DNA of 64,000 bases from Desulfuromonas sp. (GTDB lineage Bacteria > Desulfobacterota > Desulfuromonadia > Desulfuromonadales > BM501): positions 102,710 to 166,709 of the forward strand of contig NZ_PKUB01000041.1 in NCBI RefSeq assembly GCF_002868845.1, given 5' to 3'. Both the position numbers and the translations under genes were made by a program. Under the pieces are notes generated by a model, which saw only the letters and a list, made by a program, of their open reading frames with translations, made no database searches and was not told the origin of the DNA. Shown here piece after piece: positions 39,281 through 46,689 of the stretch. The first letter of the stretch is position 1. Each line of letters opens with the position of its first letter.

Positions 39281-41068
39281 ATGGCCAAGGCACACGCCGT
39301 TTTCGAGGGAAAGGCTTATTGCGGAACCTGCTACAAGCGGGAATTCAAGCCGGTTCCCTGCGCCGAGTGCGGTCGCACCGTGCGCACGCTTCAGGGGCGC
39401 GGTCCAGCCACCTGCAAGTGCTGTCGCAGCAAGAACCGCTCATGCCTGCGCTGTGGCAAGCCGGTGCCGCGAGCGGCGCTGACCCTAGATAACGGGGTCG
39501 CCTGCCCTTCATGTGCCCGCTATTACAAACCGGCGAAAGCGTGCGCCAACTGTGGACAGCGAAGTCAGCATCTGGCCAGAGACTTCAAGCTGGGGTTTGA
39601 GGAACCGGTCTGCCCAAAATGCCGTCGCAAAGGGCACGCCACCTGCGCCTGTTGCGGCAAGCACCGTGCTCCGGCCGGCAAAGACGATGAAGGGCGGCCC
39701 CTCTGCCAGGGCTGCCTGAAGAGGAAAGAGCCTTTCACCTGCCCGCGCTGCGGCCGGCAAGGGCGCTACCACAGCCAGGAACGCTGCAGCGACTGCTACT
39801 GGGGAGACCGCCTCGGCAAAAAGATCTCCGATAATCTGTGGATCATGAACCAGAGGTGGCTGCGCGACGCGTTCCAGGAGTTCGGCAGACGGATGCGGAT
39901 TGACGGCAAGGCGCAAAAGATCGCGGTGGACCTGGACCGGCATGTGAAATTCTTCCACCTGCTGGACCAAAACTTTTCCTGTCCGGAGGAGGTCAGGCCC
40001 AGGGAACTGATCCGCGTCTTCGGCCTCGACGGGCTACGCCGCGCCAGCCTGCCCTTCGGCTTTCTGGTCAGCGAAAATTATCTTCCGGAGATGCTGGTCG
40101 AGGAGTTGCGGCGCGAAGCGGAGTTCCAACGCCAGGAGTCGATACTGGAGGACGCCGAAGACGCGTGGTTCCATCCGGTGCTGAAGCGCTTCCATCTCTC
40201 CCAAAGCAACCGGCGCAAGCGATTCGAGTCGCGAGGCTGGGAAAAAGAGTTCCAGCGCTACGCGCCGCGTTCGGTCACCCAGGATCTGAAGGCCGCGGTC
40301 AAGTTCCTCAAGTTCTTGCCGCCTGAAATCGGGTCGATCCAGGAGATCTCCGAAAAGCACTTGGACGCGTTTCTGCTCAACCACCCCGGCTACCGAAACG
40401 GGCTGAGGAATTTTATCTGGCACCTCAACCAGCACGAAAAAACGTTCGTACGTTTCAAAATCCCGACTACAAAACAGGGTAGGAAAATCGCCCTGGTCCT
40501 GGGTCAGGACAAATTCCACGACCTGCTGGAATCCTGGTCGCACGCTCCGGACCGGGAGGTGAACACCGCGCTGATCGCCCTTTTCATGATGCTCTACGCG
40601 CAGAAGGCCCGCCGCGTCCTGCGGATGCGGTTGTCAGACTTGCACCATAACCCCGACGGGAGCTTTTCCACGACCTTCGGTGACGTCGAGATCCCCTTGA
40701 GCGAGATCCTGACCCCTCTGATCGAACGCCACCTGGAACAACGGGAAAAGCAACGGGCACGCGAAGGCCACGACCTCGAACCCTACCTGTTCCCAGGCCG
40801 GCGTGTCGGAAGCCACCTGAGCGAATCGAGCGTCACACAGTATCTGCACCGCTACCAGGTCAGCGCCGCGATGTTGTTCGCCACATGGATGTTCAACGCC
40901 CTCTCCAACGGCTTGCGACAAGCCAAAACCCTGAAGCGGGCATTCGGCGTAAGCGACATGACCGCTGCGGGATATTACGAGGTTTTCGGGGCTCGGCTGT
41001 TCGACGAGGTGTCGGGGAAAATGCGCGGCAATGACGGCCCACTGTTTTTTCTTGAGGTGGGGAGCTAG
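39281..41068 (+). CDS. Multi-zinc-ribbon protein with a C-terminal degenerate tyrosine-recombinase-like domain
   Basis: 595 aa with eleven CxxC pairs in the first ~165 aa. The C-terminal ~200 aa aligns by eye to an integrase catalytic fold, but HxxR reads AAML, the LGH His reads FGV and the beta-hairpin Lys is absent. The terminal YY is retained. Confidence 0.6.
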   Translation: MAKAHAVFEGKAYCGTCYKREFKPVPCAECGRTVRTLQGRGPATCKCCRSKNRSCLRCGKPVPRAALTLDNGVACPSCARYYKPAKACANCGQRSQHLARDFKLGFEEPVCPKCRRKGHATCACCGKHRAPAGKDDEGRPLCQGCLKRKEPFTCPRCGRQGRYHSQERCSDCYWGDRLGKKISDNLWIMNQRWLRDAFQEFGRRMRIDGKAQKIAVDLDRHVKFFHLLDQNFSCPEEVRPRELIRVFGLDGLRRASLPFGFLVSENYLPEMLVEELRREAEFQRQESILEDAEDAWFHPVLKRFHLSQSNRRKRFESRGWEKEFQRYAPRSVTQDLKAAVKFLKFLPPEIGSIQEISEKHLDAFLLNHPGYRNGLRNFIWHLNQHEKTFVRFKIPTTKQGRKIALVLGQDKFHDLLESWSHAPDREVNTALIALFMMLYAQKARRVLRMRLSDLHHNPDGSFSTTFGDVEIPLSEILTPLIERHLEQREKQRAREGHDLEPYLFPGRRVGSHLSESSVTQYLHRYQVSAAMLFATWMFNALSNGLRQAKTLKRAFGVSDMTAAGYYEVFGARLFDEVSGKMRGNDGPLFFLEVGS

Positions 41069-41886
41069 AGGGGTTTCAGGATCTGGCGAAGTGTCCGCGC
41101 CGCCTCGGGGGAAGTGACATTTACCACGTGAGCAACTTCCCGCAAGCGGCCAAGATAGTGGCCCTTCCCCGGCGGGGGCGCCTCGGTCAGAACGACGCAG
41201 CGTTCTTTTTCGGCGAACCCGTTATCGGCGGTCAGGCGGAAGGTATAGAGAGCGTCGTTGACCTGGCGCAGCAGCGACTGACGGCTGGTGCGTAGGCGCA
41301 CAACCTTAAAGAGCGTGCGGGGGCTGCCGTCCACCAAAAAGGAAAGGCGCACTGTTTCTTCGGGACGGCCTCTTATGGCCGAAAACTCGACCTCCACGTT
41401 CTCCTCGAACTTTTCGAGATCTCGCAAGCCAACCTCATCGACCAGGCGCTCCAGGCGTTTTTGAAAGGGATTTTTTGGCTTAACGCGCGGCGGGTCGACC
41501 ATCGCCTCGAACAGATCCTGTATCAACGCATCCGAGCTTTCACCCTTGATCGGTGCCACCGGTCCCACATAGCGGGCGACAAACGGCGCGTTGGTCTCCT
41601 CCAGATGCCTACGCCGGTCGTTGAAATAGTCGCCGTCGCTCTCGACGACGCGGCCGTACGCGCGACACAATTCGTCAAACCAAGCGACCCACTCACGGTA
41701 GGCCCATGCATCCTCGCCGGCATCCCGAGCTAACTTTCGAAACGGTTCCAGGTCGATCCGCACCGGGTCTTCTGCCCCCAGCATTCTGCAATCCGCCCCT
41801 GCGGGCTTGCGCACCAGAACGCCGACGTTTTTCGTCTCGTAGCGGATCGGGTCCGCGATGTATTGCACGGTCCAGAGTTCAATCAT
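41065..41886 (-). CDS. DUF3037-like protein (function unknown)
   Basis: 273 aa. The N-terminus WTVQYIADPIRYETKNVGVLV matches my recollection of the DUF3037 signature (Y..v.Y.Pd..rgE..NvGv). The start overlaps the upstream kinase stop by 4 bp. Confidence 0.6.
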   Translation of the reverse strand: MIELWTVQYIADPIRYETKNVGVLVRKPAGADCRMLGAEDPVRIDLEPFRKLARDAGEDAWAYREWVAWFDELCRAYGRVVESDGDYFNDRRRHLEETNAPFVARYVGPVAPIKGESSDALIQDLFEAMVDPPRVKPKNPFQKRLERLVDEVGLRDLEKFEENVEVEFSAIRGRPEETVRLSFLVDGSPRTLFKVVRLRTSRQSLLRQVNDALYTFRLTADNGFAEKERCVVLTEAPPPGKGHYLGRLREVAHVVNVTSPEAARTLRQILKPL

Positions 41887-42608
41887 AGCTGCGGATCAAT
41901 CTGGTCCGTATGACTGGAGACGATGTCGGCAAGGGTGTTCTTGCGCCACACCAACGCGTCCGCCAGGGCCTCTTGGGTGGTCGAGGAGACGTTCTGGAAT
42001 TTCCGGCCGAAGACGCAGCATTCACGAATCAGCCGGTCATCGACCGCCGAGATCCGCTCCACCCAGAGATCGAGAAACACCCGCATTACCAATCCGAAGA
42101 ACGGATGGAAGAGAACGATGAGCTGGCGAGCTTTGAGGGCAGCGATACTTTTTTCTGGAGTGTCCTCGATGTTAAGCAGGACGTGAGAATGGTCGAACCC
42201 CCGAAAGAGGCTGGTCCCGGGAGTGTTCAGGGCGGCCTTGAGGTTGCTGGCACGATCTCGGTTCCCGATCAGAAGATCGAAAACGAGGAGCGCGGCGACC
42301 TGATCGGGATACTTCTCGGCGGTTTTCTTGAACTGGCTTTTGAGCAGATCGGGAAGAGGTATACGCGGAGCCGCGACTTCCAGACTGGCGAACGCCAGCT
42401 CCCATTCGGCCTCAGTGAGGACGCCGTCGGCGACCGGCACGTGAAAAGTCTGGGCGAGGCGCACCGCGACCTTTTCAATATACACGCAGTCAGGGGATTC
42501 GAGACCATCCCGCTTGAGAATGGCATTAAGCCGACAATTTGCAGGCGCCGTAATCCCTTGGCGGCGAGTTTTTAGAATCCGGTTCAAAACATAGGTTGGT
42601 TCTTTCAT
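41883..42608 (-). CDS. HipA-C-terminal-lobe-like small Ser/Thr kinase
   Basis: 241 aa. Catalytic-loop-like FDLLIGNRDRASNL and metal-binding-like RGFDHSHVL. Much shorter than canonical HipA. Confidence 0.65.
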   Translation of the reverse strand: MKEPTYVLNRILKTRRQGITAPANCRLNAILKRDGLESPDCVYIEKVAVRLAQTFHVPVADGVLTEAEWELAFASLEVAAPRIPLPDLLKSQFKKTAEKYPDQVAALLVFDLLIGNRDRASNLKAALNTPGTSLFRGFDHSHVLLNIEDTPEKSIAALKARQLIVLFHPFFGLVMRVFLDLWVERISAVDDRLIRECCVFGRKFQNVSSTTQEALADALVWRKNTLADIVSSHTDQIDPQL

Positions 42609-42704
42609 AACACTTCACCGCATGGCAATATGTGGCAACAAACATATGAGGCGCCCAAAATAGAAGGCAATTGGCAGCTTGTCAACTTTTCCGGGAGTAA
42701 CGCG

Positions 42705-43217
42705 ATGCGACTCTTCTCACTTAAGCAACTTCAGAAAACCTTCCTTGCCGCAGCCTTGTTGCTGTTTCTGGCCCTACCTTGTATTGGAGAGACCTTTACC
42801 GGAAAAGTTGTGAAGGTCACTGATGGTGACACGATCTCTGTCTTGCATCAGGGCCGGCCCGAGAAAGTCAGACTGGCGGAGATCGACTGCCCGGAACGCG
42901 GGCAAGCTTTTGGGAAAAAGTCCAAGGAGTTCGCGTCTTCGATTACAGCAGGGAAAATCGTCCGAGTCGAGGTGCGGACGGTATACCGATACGGGAGAAC
43001 CGTTGGGGAGGTCTTCTTGGCAAACGGGGAATCCCTTAACCGCTTGCTGGTAAAAGAAGGGTATGCCTGGTGGTACCGTAAATATTCAAGCGATATTTCA
43101 ATCGGAGAGCTGGAAGCGGAGGCTCGGGAAGGTAAACGAGGCTTATGGTTTGGAGAAAATCCAATGCCTCCTTGGGAGTGGCGCAGCCTTAAAAGACAGA
43201 GAAAAAAGTATCAGTAG
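42705..43217 (+). CDS. Secreted thermonuclease (SNase / micrococcal nuclease family)
   Basis: Signal peptide MRLFSLKQLQKTFLAAALLLFLALPCIG. SNase core VTDGDTISV..KVRLAEIDCPERGQAFG..YRYGRTVGEVF..LVKEGYAWWY. Confidence 0.85.
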   Translation: MRLFSLKQLQKTFLAAALLLFLALPCIGETFTGKVVKVTDGDTISVLHQGRPEKVRLAEIDCPERGQAFGKKSKEFASSITAGKIVRVEVRTVYRYGRTVGEVFLANGESLNRLLVKEGYAWWYRKYSSDISIGELEAEAREGKRGLWFGENPMPPWEWRSLKRQRKKYQ

Positions 43218-43219
43218 GT

Positions 43220-43263
43220 GGCGGGAGTAGATGGGATACTAACTACTTCCGCCTTTGATTTCT
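43220..43263 (+). terminator. Rho-independent terminator after the nuclease gene
   Basis: 11-bp stem GGCGGGAGTAG / CTACTTCCGCC (one G-U pair), 12-nt loop, then TTTGATTTCT. Confidence 0.6.
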
Positions 43264-43578
43264 AAGTAGTTGAAAAGAGAGATTGCGCCTTCGTCGCGAA
43301 GGGCAAGGGTTCCCCAATTCCGTAGCAAAAACTGTAGCAGCTTTTGTGATATTCGTCCATACGATTACTCGTAGGGAAGATGCTGAGTAAGCAGGGAAGA
43401 TTTTGGCCTCTATGCGTCTATCGTCTACAGCGGCCAAGATCTTGATAGTTTTGCGCTCGTTGACGAGTGGCCTATCGTATTACAGGTCAGCGGAGACACA
43501 GCAGAAGAGACACTATCAAATTGGCAAATCTGTGCTGAGGCATTGATACAAGCACCGACCTCGACCATTACGTCAGCC

Positions 43579-43941
43579 TCAGGTGTTGACGTCGATTAGC
43601 TCTTGGGCCTGAGAAATTATCCATTGCAGCGTCTCTTCATCATTCTGTTCGGAAAGTGATTCGATCCATTCAGAAAAAAGATCAGCGGGGTCCGGAGGGA
43701 CAGGTAATGACAACCAACGCTGCTGACTCCAGTTGTAATATACAGAACCCGGGAAGAAGCGGTATGGTTTTGCTAGCCCTTTCAACAGATGTTTCAATAA
43801 ATCATCGTCAACACCTGCATTAATAAGAGGGCCAAGAAAATCTAGTTCTGCGCACTCCCATTCCTCCAGGGATTCTTTTTTATCGGGGTTGAAACTGAGA
43901 AAGCCTTCTTTGTATAGCTGTTCAACCGTCCAGAGCGACAA
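43579..43941 (-). CDS. Acidic hypothetical protein (TTG start; possibly the 3-prime part of a longer interrupted ORF)
   Basis: 120-aa ORF with no ATG and no clear SD. It is in frame with a 31-codon ORF (44043..43951) across a single TAA. Confidence 0.35.
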   Translation of the reverse strand: MSLWTVEQLYKEGFLSFNPDKKESLEEWECAELDFLGPLINAGVDDDLLKHLLKGLAKPYRFFPGSVYYNWSQQRWLSLPVPPDPADLFSEWIESLSEQNDEETLQWIISQAQELIDVNT

Positions 43942-44048
43942 GTCTACTTACTGACACTTCGTGTGCAGGCTGATGGGGAACAATGTAATCTGTTCAGCCA
44001 TCCTCGCATCGATAATGTCATAGGACGCGTCAGTGCAATCCATCTCTT

Positions 44049-44234
44049 TCATTTCTTTGTGCCAGGGTTGAATAATGGACGTATTTTTTTGGAAGGAAGA
44101 TCATAGACATCAGATCCACAGCTATGTGGCTCAAAGACGTCAATTTCATAGGGTTTCCAGCCATATCTGGTCTTAACAAGTCTTATATCAAGTCCGCAGT
44201 TACGACATTCCTGCTCCGGCCAATTACCACCCAT
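44049..44234 (-). CDS. Small Cys/His protein (putative zinc ribbon), downstream of brxL
   Basis: 61 aa. CRNC...HSC. GGGAGGGG SD lies 3 nt upstream of the ATG. Same strand as BREX, 64 bp after the brxL stop. Confidence 0.5.
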   Translation of the reverse strand: MGGNWPEQECRNCGLDIRLVKTRYGWKPYEIDVFEPHSCGSDVYDLPSKKIRPLFNPGTKK

Positions 44235-44298
44235 AATCCCCTCCCGTTAATAGGCCCTCTACAGATCAAACTGAGGGCGCCGCTATGACATCAACATA

Positions 44299-46350
44299 TT
44301 ATGGCCTCAAATAGGTCACCTCAAACGCCTTGCAAGTCCGGAATTCCTGCATCCTGTTACCAAAAGAAAACGTGTCATTCATCTGATACTGTTGGAAAAT
44401 ATCCAGCCCACGGTCTAGAGATATTTTCCATCCGTTGTCAGTCACAATGTGACGCGCGTGGATACTGTTGCTGAGGTCGTACTCCCAAGTGAATTGTATT
44501 CCGATCGCTGCGCACGAATTCTGGATCTGAGTCAGCATTTCGTGCTGCTGCTCTGCTTTAAATTCATCCGAGATCGTCACAAGGTGGACACTAGGCTCCG
44601 CGTCTTCGGCTTTACAGCGAGCAACCGTCTCCATTAACTCCATAAGGTTTCTGACCTGATAGAAGAGACGAATATAGGCATCCGTGATTTCTATCCGGGT
44701 TGCACCCCTCAGATAAGGAGTAAAAAGCATGTCATAGGAGACCCCACGTTGATTTTCCTTAAACTGTAGATGCTGAGCTTTCGGTTCATCAGTTTCTGAT
44801 TTTTGATCCGTCGCATGCTCCGTTGCTGATTCGGAGCCAGCATCGGCTTCAGTTTGTTTTTCTTCATCAGTCCCGTAATGTCTAGGGTACTCTTCTTCTT
44901 CCAGGGTCTTCACAAATATCGTGTCCCCCCCGGCGCGTTCGTAGCCGAAGCGAACCTTTGTATAGGTTTTATCAATCCGTAAAAGCTGATCCTTGACCCT
45001 CTTACGGCCCTCAATCGCAAAGGTCAGAATCTCCTCTATTTCTTCAGGGCTTGCTTCGCCACTCGGGAAAAGAACCTTCATCAGCCCCGAAAAGGTTTTA
45101 TGTACTCCATCCCTGTCACGTGTGGAGATATCGCTCAGCAGATCAAATTTACCTTTATACTGCTGTGAATAGTCGTGGTTACGGAGTGATCGTAAAATTT
45201 CTGCAAGATAGTCGACCACGAATCCATAGCCGTCCGAGAACATCTCTCCACGGATAATGTCAACTTCCCAGCCAGGAATGTAGAAATGCAGACGGTCCAA
45301 AAATGCAGAGTCGTGGTATTTGTCGGGGAGATCACAGAACAGATCTGAGTGTTTAAGCATATACGGAACAGTGTGGGAGGTATTGCCGACAAAGACCATT
45401 GAGGCTTCGGCTCCCAAGGTTTCAACTCCGCGCGAGAATGTCTTGTTGGCCATGTAATTTTTCATGATATCGACCAACGCCATGTCTACCCGCTTCTGCT
45501 TACCGGCAAACTCATCAAACGCAACGGTATCCCAATAACCAACCAAACCAATTTTACCGTTGGAGTTATTGACAAACAGTTTGGGTACTGTGACTTCACC
45601 GCCGGAGATAAGGATTCCGTGTGGAGAAAATTCTGAAAAAATATGGGACTTTCCAGTCCCCTTTGGCCCAAGCTCTATCAGGTTAAAATTTCGCTCGCAG
45701 AAAGGAATCAGACGGACAAGTTGCAACATTTTGCTGCGGCGCCCCATCAAATCAGGATTGAAACCAATACTCTGTATCAGTAGATCAATCCACTCGTCAG
45801 TTGAAAATTTCTGTCGAGCTTCCAAGTAGCTGTCGAAATCGAAATGCGAAAGCTTAATCGGTTTGATCGACGCCATGATCCACGGGCAGGCATCCTTCTC
45901 TTCCACCAGATCGTATTCGAGATCGCAAATACACCAGACACCTCCGACAAGTAATTTCGGATGTTTCTTGATGGTGTCGGTCGTAACCAGGACCTTTTTA
46001 ATTCCGAGATTCGAGAAGGTTGCCTCATAAACCCCTTTTGAATCGTTGAGATCGACGGTCACCTTATCGATGACCTTGTGACGCCCCTTCTCCTTAATCG
46101 TAGAACGAACTAACCCTGCTTCATTACGATGGACGTAATGCTTGCGCAGGATCTCCCGAACGGTTTGAATCCCGGTCTGAATACTCGCTTCGTCGCTAGT
46201 GGCGCAATACTGGCCTAGAAGGTATTCGAGGACATAGGATGGGACAATGGCATTCCCCTTGACAGTCTTGACCAGATCCTTACGGACCACCAAACCGGGG
46301 AAATGTTCATTTATTTTTTTGTCGAGTTCAGACAATGTTTCCTCCCTCAT
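44299..46350 (-). CDS. brxL: BREX Lon-like protease BrxL
   Basis: 683 aa. The N-terminus LDKKINEHFPGLVVRKDLVKTVKGNAIVPSYVLEYLLGQYC and the AAA motif GPKGTGKSH are typical of BrxL. Terminal gene of the BREX operon. Confidence 0.9.
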   Translation of the reverse strand: MREETLSELDKKINEHFPGLVVRKDLVKTVKGNAIVPSYVLEYLLGQYCATSDEASIQTGIQTVREILRKHYVHRNEAGLVRSTIKEKGRHKVIDKVTVDLNDSKGVYEATFSNLGIKKVLVTTDTIKKHPKLLVGGVWCICDLEYDLVEEKDACPWIMASIKPIKLSHFDFDSYLEARQKFSTDEWIDLLIQSIGFNPDLMGRRSKMLQLVRLIPFCERNFNLIELGPKGTGKSHIFSEFSPHGILISGGEVTVPKLFVNNSNGKIGLVGYWDTVAFDEFAGKQKRVDMALVDIMKNYMANKTFSRGVETLGAEASMVFVGNTSHTVPYMLKHSDLFCDLPDKYHDSAFLDRLHFYIPGWEVDIIRGEMFSDGYGFVVDYLAEILRSLRNHDYSQQYKGKFDLLSDISTRDRDGVHKTFSGLMKVLFPSGEASPEEIEEILTFAIEGRKRVKDQLLRIDKTYTKVRFGYERAGGDTIFVKTLEEEEYPRHYGTDEEKQTEADAGSESATEHATDQKSETDEPKAQHLQFKENQRGVSYDMLFTPYLRGATRIEITDAYIRLFYQVRNLMELMETVARCKAEDAEPSVHLVTISDEFKAEQQHEMLTQIQNSCAAIGIQFTWEYDLSNSIHARHIVTDNGWKISLDRGLDIFQQYQMNDTFSFGNRMQEFRTCKAFEVTYLRP

Positions 46351-46365
46351 GCAACACCTACGACA

Positions 46366-46668
46366 TTATTTAACCGGTGCAAAAGCGACGTAACCGCCGA
46401 AGAAGCTAGGAGCAGGCTGGTAGATAGCAAACTTGACAGAATCGGGAAACTCAATTGCATCGGTAAACTCATCCATGGTTTGCTCGTCCAGATCAACGTC
46501 AGCATCAAAATCAAGCCTGGGGCTGACATAAACAAACCCGCCCTCATCTGCGGCCAAAAACAACGTATGCTCACATGCCTCTGTTCCGTCTGGCTTTAGT
46601 GCAACCTTACCGCAAAAAGGGCAGTGAACCTTAAGCTCGGCGGTGTCTGTAATCTCAACTTTTTGCAT
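46366..46668 (-). CDS. Small highly acidic CxxC protein inserted between pglZ and brxL (unknown function)
   Basis: 100 aa. HCPFCGK...CEH. About 19 Asp/Glu against 7 Lys/Arg. 21 bp after the pglZ stop and 15 bp before the brxL start, on the same strand. Confidence 0.55.
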   Translation of the reverse strand: MQKVEITDTAELKVHCPFCGKVALKPDGTEACEHTLFLAADEGGFVYVSPRLDFDADVDLDEQTMDEFTDAIEFPDSVKFAIYQPAPSFFGGYVAFAPVK

Positions 46669-46689
46669 GACTTCTATTCCTTGAGATGG

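Noticed and set aside
43264-43578. A possible ncRNA or gene remnant in the 315-bp gap between the nuclease terminator and the trailing BREX ORFs. It includes a start-less plus-strand frame of about 70 codons ending at TAG near 43596.
   Set aside because: No start codon, no convincing secondary structure beyond a 6-bp hairpin, and no recognisable motif. It is probably junction debris between island modules.
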